64,000 bases of DNA, taken from NCBI GenBank assembly GCA_963783385.1, contig CAWANJ010000007.1, positions 258,792-322,791 of the forward strand. Reading direction: 5' to 3'. This document shows positions 10,646-20,449 of this stretch, piece by piece (position 1 is the stretch's first letter; each line of letters begins with the position of its first letter). This DNA is from an uncultured Gemmatimonadales bacterium. GTDB taxonomy: Bacteria; Gemmatimonadota; Gemmatimonadetes; Palauibacterales; Palauibacteraceae. Position numbers and translations under genes: made by a program. The notes under the pieces were generated by a model. That model did no database searches and was not told where the DNA came from. It saw only the letters and a list, made by a program, of their open reading frames with translations.

Positions 10646-11691
10646 CCGATAAGACGATGGATCGGTGGAGAAACGACAGGGCCGTGGTGTGCGGCGCCGG
10701 TGGGTTCATCGGCGGGCACCTGGTGGCCGACCTGTTGCGCAAAGGCTACACTGACGTGGTGGCCGTGGACAAGAAGCCGCTGGAGCACTGGTTCCAGCTC
10801 CACGAGGCGGCGGACAACCGGCGGCTCGACCTGAGCCTGCGGGAGAACGCGTACGAGGCGCTCGAGGGCGCGGCGCTGGTGTACAACCTGGCGGCCGACA
10901 TGGGCGGCATGGGCTTCATCGAGAACAACAAGGCCCTGTGCATGCTGAGCGTGCTGATCAACACCCACCTCCTGGAGGCCGCGCGGGACCATGGGGTCGA
11001 GCGCTACTTCTATTCTTCGTCGGCGTGCGTCTACAACGCCGACAAGCAGAAGAGCGCCGACGTGGTTCCGCTCAGGGAGGAGGACGCCTACCCGGCCATG
11101 CCCGAGGACGGCTACGGGTGGGAGAAGCTGTTCAGCGAGCGGATGTGCCGCCACTTCCGTGAGGACTTCGGCGTGGAGACGCGCGTGGCGCGCTTCCACA
11201 ACGTGTACGGGCCGCTGGGCACGTACGACGGCGGACGGGAGAAGGCGCCGGCGGCGCTCAGCCGCAAGGTGGCCGAGGCGAAGCTGGGCGGGGCGCGCGA
11301 AATCACCATCTGGGGCGACGGAGAGCAGACGCGCAGCTTCATGTACATCGACGACTGCCTGAAGGGCACCCAGAGGATCGCCCACAGCGACATCGTGGAG
11401 CCCCTCAACCTGGGCAGCGACGAGCTGGTGACGATCAACGGGCTGGTGAGCCTGGTGGAGGAGATCGCGGACATCGAGCTCGAGCGAGAGTACGATCTCA
11501 CCAAGCCGCGTGGAGTGATGGGGCGCAACAGCGACAACACCAGGATCCTGGCGGAGCTGGGGTGGGAGCCCGGCATCCGGCTGCGGGAGGGCATGGAGAA
11601 GACCTACCGGTGGGTGGAGCAGCAGGTCTCCAGGGACCGCGAGGCGAGGGCGGCGGGCGAGGCCCGGCACTCCGTGTACGCGCTGCCGTGA
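10642..11691 (+). CDS. GDP-mannose 3,5-epimerase-like NAD-dependent epimerase
   Basis: GAGGFIG, NLAADMGGMGFI, SSSACVY, YGWEK and GGREKAPAA are typical of the GME-like SDR subfamily. Confidence 0.85.
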   Translation: MTDKTMDRWRNDRAVVCGAGGFIGGHLVADLLRKGYTDVVAVDKKPLEHWFQLHEAADNRRLDLSLRENAYEALEGAALVYNLAADMGGMGFIENNKALCMLSVLINTHLLEAARDHGVERYFYSSSACVYNADKQKSADVVPLREEDAYPAMPEDGYGWEKLFSERMCRHFREDFGVETRVARFHNVYGPLGTYDGGREKAPAALSRKVAEAKLGGAREITIWGDGEQTRSFMYIDDCLKGTQRIAHSDIVEPLNLGSDELVTINGLVSLVEEIADIELEREYDLTKPRGVMGRNSDNTRILAELGWEPGIRLREGMEKTYRWVEQQVSRDREARAAGEARHSVYALP

Positions 11692-12569
11692 GCTCGACCC
11701 CGGCGACGGCGCGACGGGAGGGCCCACCCGCGAAGGCGGAGGAGTCCAGCCCCACCGAGGTCCGGATCGAGCCTTCCACGGGCTGGATCTCGCTGAACCT
11801 CAAGGAGCTGTGGGAGTACCGCGAGCTCCTCTACTTCCTCACGTGGCGCGACATCAAGGTCCGCTACAAGCAGACCGTGCTGGGAGCGGCCTGGGCCATC
11901 ATCCAGCCCTTCTTCACGATGGTGGTGTTCAGCCTGTTCTTCGGGAAGCTGGCCAAGGTCCCGTCGGACAACGTGCCCTATCCGATCTTCAGCTACGCCG
12001 CCCTGGTGCCGTGGACGTTCTTCGCCAACGGCCTCACGAGCTCGTCGAACAGCGTGGTGGGGAGCCGCAGCCTGGTGACCAAGATCTATTTCCCCCGGCT
12101 GCTGGTCCCTCTCGGAACGGTGACCTCCGGGGCCGTGGACTTCGTGCTGGCGTTCATCGTCCTGCTGGGCATGATGGTGTTCTACGGCATCGCGCCCACG
12201 GCCAACGTGGTGTGGCTGCCGGTCCTCCTCGTCCTGGCGTTCATCACCTCCCTGGGCGTGGGACTGTGGTTCTCGGCTCTCAACGTCCAGTTTCGTGACG
12301 TGCGCCACGTGGTGCCGTTCATCACGCAGTTCTGGCTGTTCGCGACCCCGGTGGCCTGGGCCAGCTCCATGCTGCCCCAGCCGTGGCGCACCCTGTACGC
12401 GATCAACCCAATGGCGGGCGTGGTCGAGGGGTTCCGCTGGGCGCTGATCGGCACGAACACGCAGCCCGGACCGATGATCGCGGTGTCCTCCGTGGTGGCC
12501 GTGTGCCTCCTGGTGTCGGGCGCCTTCTACTTCCGGCGCATGGAGCGAACCTTCGCCGATGTGGTTTGA
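11688..12569 (+). CDS. wzm: ABC-2 polysaccharide transporter permease
   Basis: ELWEYRELLYFLTWRDIKVRYKQTVLGAAWAIIQP, multiple TM segments, NPMAGVVEGFR; GTGA overlap with the upstream stop. Confidence 0.92.
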   Translation: MSSTPATARREGPPAKAEESSPTEVRIEPSTGWISLNLKELWEYRELLYFLTWRDIKVRYKQTVLGAAWAIIQPFFTMVVFSLFFGKLAKVPSDNVPYPIFSYAALVPWTFFANGLTSSSNSVVGSRSLVTKIYFPRLLVPLGTVTSGAVDFVLAFIVLLGMMVFYGIAPTANVVWLPVLLVLAFITSLGVGLWFSALNVQFRDVRHVVPFITQFWLFATPVAWASSMLPQPWRTLYAINPMAGVVEGFRWALIGTNTQPGPMIAVSSVVAVCLLVSGAFYFRRMERTFADVV

Positions 12570-12575
12570 GGGGAA

Positions 12576-13880
12576 ATGAACGACATCGCCGTACAGGTCC
12601 GCGGCCTCGGCAAGAAGTACCGGATCGGGGCGCTCGAGGAGGGTCGTCGCACCCTGCGCGAGACCCTGACCGACTCGCTCGCCGCACCGTTCCGGAAGGC
12701 GGGGAGCCTCCTGAGCGGCAACGCCTCGGGCGCGGCCGGCATGGAGGAGGAGATCTGGGCCCTGAAGGACATCTCCTTCGACGTGCCCAGGGGGCAGGTC
12801 CTGGGCATCGTCGGCAAGAACGGCGCGGGTAAGAGCACGCTCCTCAAGGTCCTCTCCCGCATCACCGAGCCGACCGAGGGGGTCATCGAGATCCGGGGCC
12901 GGGTCGGGTCGCTGCTCGAGGTCGGGACGGGCTTCCACCCGGAGCTCACCGGTCGCGAGAACGTCTACCTGAACGGGGCCATCCTGGGGATGACCCGCGT
13001 GGAGATCGACGCGAAGTTCGACCAGATCGTGGCGTTCGCCGAGGTCGAGCGCTTCCTGGACACGCCGGTCAAGTACTACTCGAGCGGCATGTACGTGCGG
13101 CTGGCGTTCGGGGTGGCGGCGCACCTCGAGCCCGAGATCCTGGTGGTGGACGAGGTGCTGTCGGTCGGGGACGCGGCCTTCCAGCAGAAGTGCCTGGGCA
13201 AGATGGGGGACGTGGCCCAGTCCGGCCGGACCGTCCTGTTCGTGAGCCACAACATGGGTGCGGTCACCGACCTGTGCGACCGGGCCATCCTGCTCGAGGG
13301 CGGACAGGTCACCATGGATGACGGGCCGGCCGAGGTCGTGAGCCACTACCTGACCTCGGGGGGGGAGACCTCGGCCGAGTGGCAGAGGCCGGAGTCCGAC
13401 GATGAGGAGCCCGCCGAGGCGGCCATCCAGCGCGTGCGGATCCTCTCCCGGGACGGCGACCCCGAGGCTGTCATCCCCTTCAACCAGCCGTTCGATGTCG
13501 AGATCGAGTACGAGATCCGCGAGCCGACCCGGGACCTGGTCATCGTGGCCGGACTGTGGAGCTACCGGGGCTTCCTCTGGCAGTCGTGGGACACGGACAC
13601 GACCGGGCTGCGCGGCAAGGTCCGGGAGCCAGGCTCCTACGTGTCCCGCTGCCGCGTGCCGGCGGGCCTGGTGCGGCCGGGCCGCTACAGCGTCACGGTC
13701 GTGGCGCACGTGCCGAACGTCGAGGCGGTCGATTCGTGGCACCACGTGCTGACCTTCGACGTGTCGCAGGTCGGCTTCCGCTTCGATCAGGACCGGGCCG
13801 GCTCGATCACGCCCGTGCTCGAATGGGAAGTGACGCGGAAGGACCGGTCCGCACCCACCCTCGAGGCGACGCGGTCGTGA
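12576..13880 (+). CDS. wzt: ABC polysaccharide transporter ATPase with C-terminal Wzt carbohydrate-binding domain
   Basis: GKNGAGKST Walker A, YSSGMYVRLAF signature, ILVVDEVLSVGD, plus a long C-terminal extension. Confidence 0.93.
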   Translation: MNDIAVQVRGLGKKYRIGALEEGRRTLRETLTDSLAAPFRKAGSLLSGNASGAAGMEEEIWALKDISFDVPRGQVLGIVGKNGAGKSTLLKVLSRITEPTEGVIEIRGRVGSLLEVGTGFHPELTGRENVYLNGAILGMTRVEIDAKFDQIVAFAEVERFLDTPVKYYSSGMYVRLAFGVAAHLEPEILVVDEVLSVGDAAFQQKCLGKMGDVAQSGRTVLFVSHNMGAVTDLCDRAILLEGGQVTMDDGPAEVVSHYLTSGGETSAEWQRPESDDEEPAEAAIQRVRILSRDGDPEAVIPFNQPFDVEIEYEIREPTRDLVIVAGLWSYRGFLWQSWDTDTTGLRGKVREPGSYVSRCRVPAGLVRPGRYSVTVVAHVPNVEAVDSWHHVLTFDVSQVGFRFDQDRAGSITPVLEWEVTRKDRSAPTLEATRS

Positions 13881-13950
13881 GGGGCGGCCGGGCGGCATCC
13901 GAACGGATCGAGGGCATCGACAACGCGAAAGCACGGACGTGGAGAGGAGC

Positions 13951-14784
13951 ATGAAGGCGATCATACTGGCCGGCGGGTTCGGGACGCGCCTGTCGGAGGA
14001 GACGCACCTCAAGCCCAAGCCGATGGTCGAGGTGGGGGGGAAGCCCATCCTCTGGCACATCATGAACATCTACGCCACGCACGGCGTGAAGGAGTTCATC
14101 ATCGCCCTGGGCTACAAGGGCGAGCTCGTGAAGGAGTACTTCGTCAACTATTACGCCTTCAACAACGACATCTCGGTGGACCTGCGGACGGGCGACACGA
14201 CCATCCACGACGGCAACCAGCCCGACTGGAAGGTCCACCTGGTGGACACGGGGCTCCACACCCAGACGGGCGGGCGCCTCAGGCGTCTGCGGCGATGGCT
14301 CGGCGACGACGAGCTCTTCCACTTCACCTACGGGGACGGCGTCGCCGACCTCGACCTCGGCGCCCTCCTCGACTTCCACCGCTCGCACGGCAAGCTCGGG
14401 ACGGTGACCACGGTCCGAACCCCGGCGCGCTTCGGGCGCCTGGGGCTGGACGGGGACCGGGTGGCCGACTTCCACGAGAAGCCGGAGACGTCCGAGGGCT
14501 GGATCAGCGGCGGGTTCTTCGTCCTCCATCCCGGCGCCATTGAATACATCGACGGCGACGAGTCCGTGTGGGAACGCGACCCCGTGGAACGCATGGTCTC
14601 CGCGGGCGAGCTCATGGGCTTCCGGCACTATGGTTTCTGGTCGTGCATGGACACGCTCCGGGAGAAGAACATGCTGGAGGCCGCCTGGGAGAGCGGTGAC
14701 GCTCCGTGGCGCATCTGGGACCGGAGCGGCGAGCCCCCCCCGGTGCACCGTCATCCCGAGCCTCGGCCGTCGGCGGTCCGATGA
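13951..14784 (+). CDS. rfbF: Glucose-1-phosphate cytidylyltransferase
   Basis: MKAIILAGGFGTRLSEETHLKPKPMVEVGG, TQTGGRL, TYGDGV, FWSCMDTLR. Confidence 0.92.
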   Translation: MKAIILAGGFGTRLSEETHLKPKPMVEVGGKPILWHIMNIYATHGVKEFIIALGYKGELVKEYFVNYYAFNNDISVDLRTGDTTIHDGNQPDWKVHLVDTGLHTQTGGRLRRLRRWLGDDELFHFTYGDGVADLDLGALLDFHRSHGKLGTVTTVRTPARFGRLGLDGDRVADFHEKPETSEGWISGGFFVLHPGAIEYIDGDESVWERDPVERMVSAGELMGFRHYGFWSCMDTLREKNMLEAAWESGDAPWRIWDRSGEPPPVHRHPEPRPSAVR

Positions 14785-14849
14785 TCGGGCCGCGAACGTC
14801 CGGTGCGGCGTTCCGGCGGACCCGGAGCTGAGGTCCGGACGCAGGGACC

Positions 14850-15833
14850 ATGGCGAACGCGTCGAAGCCCGTCGTCACGATCGGCATCCCCGTCTTCAAG
14901 CGGTTCCGCTTCCTGCCGGACGTCCTCCGGTCGGTGGCGGAGCAGGACTACCCGGACATCGACCTCCTGGTGTCCGATAACGGGGAGAACGGGCCGGAGC
15001 TCGAGGAGCTGGTGCGGAGCCATTATCCGCGACCGTTCCGCCTGCGCCGGAACCCGGTCACCGAGCCGGTCATGTCCCGGCACTTCAACCAGATGGTGGA
15101 AGCCGCGCAAGGGAAGTACTTCGTCCTTCTGTGCGACGACGACGAGCTGGGGCCCCGCTTCGTCTCCTCCCTCGTCGAGATCCTGGAGCGGGATCCGGAG
15201 GTGGGGGTCGGCATTCCGCGCGTGGAGGTGATGGACGAGGAGGGCAACCCCGAGCCGCGCGAGCACTCTTTTCCCCCCTCCGAGGTGTTCAGCGGCCTCG
15301 AGCTCGTCCGCATGTGGGTCCGGAAGCGCGTCCGTTTCTGGACCTTCGTGACGACCCTGGCCCGCACGCAAGACATCCTGGACCTGGGCGGTTACCCGCC
15401 CATCCCGGAGGCCGACGACAACACGATGGTCGTCAAGCTGTCCCTGGGTCGGAAGGCGGCCTTCTCGCGGGAGGCGGAGTTCCGGAACCGATGGTACGAA
15501 ACGAGTGCGGGGCTGTCGCTGGCTCCGGAGGAGCTGGCGGAAGACATGCGGAAGTGGATCCACGTGCTGGACACCGACCCCGTGTTCCGGGAGTTCGCCC
15601 GCCGGCGTCCGGGGGAATGGAAGGAGATCCACGACCTCCTGGTAGAGCAGGCGTGGAGGAACTTCCGGTACCGGTGGGTGACCCTGTACCGGGAGCGCAT
15701 GGAGCCCCTGGAGTGGCTCCGGGCGGGATTCACCATGCCGTTCATCCCGGCCTACTACCGGTGGCTGTTCGCCTATCTGTTCCGGACCGGCCTGCGGGCC
15801 ACCGGACGACGCCTGGTGGGGTCCCGTGGCTGA
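14850..15833 (+). CDS. Glycosyltransferase family 2
   Basis: VTIGIPVF, VSDN, LLCDDD (DxD) GT-A motifs. Confidence 0.85.
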   Translation: MANASKPVVTIGIPVFKRFRFLPDVLRSVAEQDYPDIDLLVSDNGENGPELEELVRSHYPRPFRLRRNPVTEPVMSRHFNQMVEAAQGKYFVLLCDDDELGPRFVSSLVEILERDPEVGVGIPRVEVMDEEGNPEPREHSFPPSEVFSGLELVRMWVRKRVRFWTFVTTLARTQDILDLGGYPPIPEADDNTMVVKLSLGRKAAFSREAEFRNRWYETSAGLSLAPEELAEDMRKWIHVLDTDPVFREFARRRPGEWKEIHDLLVEQAWRNFRYRWVTLYRERMEPLEWLRAGFTMPFIPAYYRWLFAYLFRTGLRATGRRLVGSRG

Positions 15834-16830
15834 CGGGCCGGCGGTCACGGTCATCGTCCCCACCCACGATCGGGCGGAGCTTCTCCCCCGGGCGGTAGGA
15901 TCGGTGCGCGCTCAGACGCTGGACGACTGGGAGTGCCTGCTCGTGGACGACGGCTCCACCGACGAGACCCCGCGCGTGGCGGCGGAGCTCGCGGCGGAGG
16001 ACCGGCGGATCCGCTACCTCCGCGGATCCCACGCGGGCATTGTCGGGAACCTGAACCGGGGAGTGGACGCGGCGCGCGGCGAGTGGGTGCAGATCGTCGA
16101 CGACGACGACCGGATCCACCCCGACAAGCTGGGATTCCAGCTGGAGTGGGCCGAGCGGCACGGCGTGCCCGCCGGTCCGGCCGTGCTGTACGGCGACTAC
16201 GTGGTCGTGCGGTCGGCGCCGGACGGCACGGAGCGGACCCGGACCCAGGTCGTGGGGGAGCGCTCGGTCGAGGAGCTGCTGCACGGCATGATCCGCTGGA
16301 ACGGCGGCTCCGACGCGCCGCTCCGGCAGGGCAGCCCGCTCGTGCGGCGCTCCGTGTTCGAGCGGACGCGCTTCGACACCCGGGTGAGCTCCTACGTGGA
16401 CACCAAGTTCTACATGGACCTGCTGCTGCGCGGCGTGCCCTTCTTCTACACGCCGATCGCCGGCTACTACCAGTACCTGCACGACGGCAACTACACATCG
16501 GCGGCGGACAGGAGTCGGCGGCAGTACGTCCGTTACCTGGACCTCCTCTCCACGGAGGCGCCCGAGCTGGTCGCGGAGTCGCCGCGCTTCGGCTTCCTGG
16601 CGTCCCACGCGTTGAGCGACCACGACCTGGACGCGCTCCGCGACCTGCTGCGCATCGCCCGGCGCACCCCGTACCGCGCGCAGATCTCCGCCGGGTCGGG
16701 GACCACGGACGTGGGTCCGCTGCTGCGGTGGGCCGCGCGGCTCCGCTGCCCGGCGTTCGTCGTCCCGTACCTGGCGCGGCTACGCGGCCTCGTGCGGCGT
16801 GCCGACCACCAGTTCCTGCCGCATTCCTGA
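15826..16830 (+). CDS. Glycosyltransferase family 2
   Basis: VTVIVPTHDR, VDDGSTD, NRGVDAARGEW, VDDDD. Confidence 0.88.
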   Translation: MADGPAVTVIVPTHDRAELLPRAVGSVRAQTLDDWECLLVDDGSTDETPRVAAELAAEDRRIRYLRGSHAGIVGNLNRGVDAARGEWVQIVDDDDRIHPDKLGFQLEWAERHGVPAGPAVLYGDYVVVRSAPDGTERTRTQVVGERSVEELLHGMIRWNGGSDAPLRQGSPLVRRSVFERTRFDTRVSSYVDTKFYMDLLLRGVPFFYTPIAGYYQYLHDGNYTSAADRSRRQYVRYLDLLSTEAPELVAESPRFGFLASHALSDHDLDALRDLLRIARRTPYRAQISAGSGTTDVGPLLRWAARLRCPAFVVPYLARLRGLVRRADHQFLPHS

Positions 16831-16855
16831 CCGAACCCCGACACAGAGGAGCTCC

Positions 16856-17782
16856 GTGGCCGACCTGCAGCAACCCGAATGGGCCTACTTCGAGGGAGAC
16901 GTCCGTCCCTGGAGCGAGGCGGTCCTCCACGTGGACAGCGAGGCGGTGAAGCGCGGCCTCAACGTGTTCGAGGGCATGAAGGGCTACTGGAGCGCGGATG
17001 GCTCCGAGTTCGGGGTCGTCGCTCTCCCCCGGCACTTCGCCCGGCTGCAGCGGTCGGCGCGTATCCTCCACGTGCCGTGCCCGGTGGGACCGCGGGAGTT
17101 CGAGGAGGCGTGCCGGAAGCTGGTGGGTCGGCTGATCGGGCCCGACCGGGACATGTGGGTTCGGGCCACCCTGTTCGTGACCGAGGGCCACTGGGGCGAG
17201 GACGACCGCTCCGACCTCGTGCTCACGGCCTTCCACCAGCCCAAACAGCGACCCGAGCCCATCGCTCTCGGCGTGAGCACGTGGCAGAGAGCCAGCGACG
17301 TCACCGTGCCTCCCAGGGTCAAGGCCGGAACCAACTACCAGGTGTCGAGGCTGGCGCGCATCGAGGGCCGGGGACGCGGGTACGGGGAGATGGTGCTCCT
17401 CAACCGCGCCGGCCGGGTCTCGGAGGCCACGGGCTCCTGCGTGCTCGTGGTGCGCGGCGGGACGGTGTTCACGCCGCCGGCCACCGAGGGGGTGCTCGAG
17501 AGCATCACGGTGGACATCATCGAGGCGTTGTGCGGGTCGCTGGGCATCCCGTTCGTACGGCGCCCCATCGACCGCACCGAGCTCCAGGTCGCCGACGAGC
17601 TCGGGGTCGCCGGCACCCTGGCCGAGATCGTGAAGGTGCACCGGTTCGAGGAGTTCGATATGCCGGAGCACACCCCGATCCTCGACGCCATCGCCGACCG
17701 CTTCTGGGCCGCCGTCCGCCAGGAAGATCCACACGAGGCCGTGGACCTCACCGTCCTGGCCCGCCGGTCCGAACTGTCCTGA
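16856..17782 (+). CDS. PLP fold-type IV aminotransferase (BCAT/D-amino-acid transaminase family)
   Basis: RGLNVFEGMKGY, HFARLQRSA, catalytic K in RVKAGTNY, SEATGS, LESIT, GTLAEI; GTG after GAGGAG. Confidence 0.85.
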   Translation: MADLQQPEWAYFEGDVRPWSEAVLHVDSEAVKRGLNVFEGMKGYWSADGSEFGVVALPRHFARLQRSARILHVPCPVGPREFEEACRKLVGRLIGPDRDMWVRATLFVTEGHWGEDDRSDLVLTAFHQPKQRPEPIALGVSTWQRASDVTVPPRVKAGTNYQVSRLARIEGRGRGYGEMVLLNRAGRVSEATGSCVLVVRGGTVFTPPATEGVLESITVDIIEALCGSLGIPFVRRPIDRTELQVADELGVAGTLAEIVKVHRFEEFDMPEHTPILDAIADRFWAAVRQEDPHEAVDLTVLARRSELS

Positions 17783-17798
17783 CAGAGCCGAGAATTCC

Positions 17799-19091
17799 AT
17801 GAACATAGACGGCCGATCCGAGACCGCCGCCGGCGTCGCCGCGGCGGACCGAGTCCCGACTCACGCACCGCCGTGCCGCTTCTGCGGCGCGCCGCTCACG
17901 CGGACCGTCGTGGACCTGGGCATGTCGCCGCTGGCCAACGCGTACCTGGAGCCCGAGCAGCTGGGAGAGGGAGAGATGTTCTATCCGCTGCACGCCCGGG
18001 TGTGCGAGGACTGCTTCCTCGTCCAGCTCGAGAAGTTCGAGCAGCCCGAGGTCATCTTCGGCGACTACGCGTACTTCTCCTCGTACTCCGACAGCTGGCT
18101 GAGGCACGCCGAGGCGTACGTGCGGATGGCCACCGAGCGCTTCGGCCTCGGACCGGACAGCCTGGTGGTCGAGCTGGCCAGCAACGACGGCTACCTCCTC
18201 CAGTACTTCATGGAGCGGAGCGTCCCGGTGCTGGGCGTCGAGCCGGCCGCCAACGTGGCGGCGGCGGCCGAGGAGAGGGGGATCCCCACCCGGGTCCGTT
18301 TCTTCGGGGAGGCGATGGCACGGGACCTGGCGGAGGAGGGGCTTCGCGCGGACCTCATCATCGGGAACAACGTCCTGGCGCACGTGCCCGAGCTGAACGA
18401 TTTCGTGACGGGCATGAAGCGCCTCCTGAAGCCGCGTGGCGTGATCACGATGGAGTTTCCCCACCTGGTGCGGCTCATCGAGGGAAACCAGTTCGACACG
18501 ATCTACCACGAGCACTTCTCGTACTATTCCTTCCTCACCGTGGAGCGGATCTTCGCCGCCCACGGCCTCACCCTGTTCGACGTGGACGAGCTTCCCACGC
18601 ACGGCGGCTCCCTGCGGATCTACGGCCGGCACGAGGAGGACGACTCGCACCCGGTGGGGGAGAGGGTGGGGGCGCTCCGGGCCCGCGAGCGAGAGGGCGG
18701 CTACGACACCCTGGCGCCCTACCTGGCCTTCGGGGAGCGGGTGAACCAGACCAAGCGGAAGCTGCTCTCCTTCCTGGTGGGGGCCAAGAACGAGGGGAAG
18801 TCGATCGTCGGCTACGGGGCCGCGGCCAAGGGCAACACGCTCCTCAACTACTGCGGCGTGCGCACCGACTTCCTGGACTACGTGGTGGACCGCAGCCCCC
18901 ACAAGCAGGACCGCTACCTCCCCGGAACCCGCATCCCGATCGTGGCGCCCGAGAGGATCGCCGAGACCCGGCCGGACTACGTGCTCATCCTGCCCTGGAA
19001 CCTGCGCGACGAGATCGCCGGGCAGATGGAGCACGTCCGCGAGTGGGGCGGGAAGTTCGCCGTGCCGATCCCGGAGGTGACGGTCTTCTGA
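17799..19091 (+). CDS. NDP-hexose C-methyltransferase family (Zn-binding, SAM-dependent)
   Basis: CRFC...C..C Zn site, DLGMSPLANAY, ELASNDG, IYHEHFSY, YGAAAKGNTLLNYCG, LPWNL. Confidence 0.9.
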   Translation: MNIDGRSETAAGVAAADRVPTHAPPCRFCGAPLTRTVVDLGMSPLANAYLEPEQLGEGEMFYPLHARVCEDCFLVQLEKFEQPEVIFGDYAYFSSYSDSWLRHAEAYVRMATERFGLGPDSLVVELASNDGYLLQYFMERSVPVLGVEPAANVAAAAEERGIPTRVRFFGEAMARDLAEEGLRADLIIGNNVLAHVPELNDFVTGMKRLLKPRGVITMEFPHLVRLIEGNQFDTIYHEHFSYYSFLTVERIFAAHGLTLFDVDELPTHGGSLRIYGRHEEDDSHPVGERVGALRAREREGGYDTLAPYLAFGERVNQTKRKLLSFLVGAKNEGKSIVGYGAAAKGNTLLNYCGVRTDFLDYVVDRSPHKQDRYLPGTRIPIVAPERIAETRPDYVLILPWNLRDEIAGQMEHVREWGGKFAVPIPEVTVF

Positions 19092-20449
19092 TGTCCCGGA
19101 CGACCGAGACCGGCCGTCGGCCTGTGGCCGGGGACGCCGGCGCGGACGCGCCGGGCGAGGACCCGGGCGCCGCCCTGCACGCGTTCGCATCCGAGCTGTT
19201 CCCGATCTGCCGCAGCCTGACCGGCGAGGGGGTCCGTGAGACGCTGAGGCGGATCGGCGAGCGCATTCCCCTCGAGGTGAGCGAGGTCCCGACCGGCACG
19301 CGGGTCCTGGACTGGACGGTGCCGCGGGAGTGGAACATCCGGGGCGCCTGGATCCGGGGACCGGCCGGCGACACGGTGCTGGATTTCGCCGACTCCAACC
19401 TGCACGTGGTCGGCTACAGCGTCCCCGTACACGCCACCCTGGACCGGGCGGAGCTGGCCGCGCGGGTGCACACGCTCCCCGACCATCCGGACTGGATCCC
19501 GTACCGGACCTCCTACTACGAGGAGACGTGGGGCTTCTGCATGGAGCACCGGCGGTTCGAGGCGCTCCCGGAAGGCGAGTACGAGGTCCGGATCGATTCC
19601 ACGCTACAGGACGGCAGCCTCACCTACGGCGAGTGCGTCCTGCCCGGCTCGACCGGCCAGGAGGTCCTCGTCTCCTGCCACGTGTGCCACCCGTCCCTGG
19701 CCAACGACAACCTGTCGGGCATCGCGGCGGCCACCTGGCTGGCCGCCGACCTGGCCGCGCGGGAGCACCGGTACACGTACCGCTTCCTGTTCGTCCCGGG
19801 GACGATCGGGTCGATCGCGTGGCTGGCGCGCAACGAGGACACGGTGGACGCCGTGCGCCACGGCCTCGTGCTGGCCGGGGTGGGCGACGGAGGGGCTGTC
19901 AACTACAAGCGTAGTCGACGAGGGGGCGCCGTGGTCGACCGCGCCGTCGAGCACGTGCTCGCGCACCGGGAGTCGCCCTCGGCCATCCGGGACTTCATGC
20001 CGTACGGATACGACGAGCGACAGTACTGCTCGCCGGGCTTCGACCTGCCGGTGGGCTGCCTGATGCGGACGCCGTGGGGCGAGTATCCCGAGTACCACAC
20101 GTCGGCGGACGACCTGGACTTCCTGCGGCCCGAGGGGCTGGCCGACACGCTGGACACCCTCCTCGAGGTCGTGGAGGTGCTGGAGGGGAACCGGACCTAC
20201 CGGAACCTGAGCCCGAAGGGCGAGCCCCAGCTCGGGCGGCGCGGCCTGTACGACGCCGTCGGCGGCCGGGTGGATCGCCGCAGCGCCACGCTGGCGCTGC
20301 TCTGGGTCCTGAACCAGTCGGACGGGGAGCACGACCTGCTGGCCATCGCCGAGCGGGCGGGGATGGAGTTCGAGCTGGTGCGCTGGGCCGCCGACCGGCT
20401 GCTCGAGGCGGACCTGCTGGCCGAGGTCGACGCGGAGGCGGGGGCATGA
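19091..20449 (+). CDS. DUF4910/DUF2172 aminopeptidase-like polysaccharide biosynthesis protein
   Basis: LFPICRSLTGEG, DWTVPREWNI, PYRTSYY, HVCHPSLANDNLSG, DERQYCSPG, YHTSADD, GEPQLGRRGLY (3' part of ORF 17873-20449); TGATG coupling. Confidence 0.88.
   Translation: MSRTTETGRRPVAGDAGADAPGEDPGAALHAFASELFPICRSLTGEGVRETLRRIGERIPLEVSEVPTGTRVLDWTVPREWNIRGAWIRGPAGDTVLDFADSNLHVVGYSVPVHATLDRAELAARVHTLPDHPDWIPYRTSYYEETWGFCMEHRRFEALPEGEYEVRIDSTLQDGSLTYGECVLPGSTGQEVLVSCHVCHPSLANDNLSGIAAATWLAADLAAREHRYTYRFLFVPGTIGSIAWLARNEDTVDAVRHGLVLAGVGDGGAVNYKRSRRGGAVVDRAVEHVLAHRESPSAIRDFMPYGYDERQYCSPGFDLPVGCLMRTPWGEYPEYHTSADDLDFLRPEGLADTLDTLLEVVEVLEGNRTYRNLSPKGEPQLGRRGLYDAVGGRVDRRSATLALLWVLNQSDGEHDLLAIAERAGMEFELVRWAADRLLEADLLAEVDAEAGA

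Noticed and set aside
13358-14740. G7-G8 and C7 homopolymers in wzt and rfbF as phase-variation tracts
   Set aside because: They are short, in frame and expected at this GC content.
11604-17806. Long antisense or alternative-frame ORFs (e.g. 11604-14069, 15851-17806; also 1444-3240)
   Set aside because: These are shadow ORFs from high GC3 bias. They are Arg/Pro/Gly-rich, lack motifs and overlap well-supported genes.
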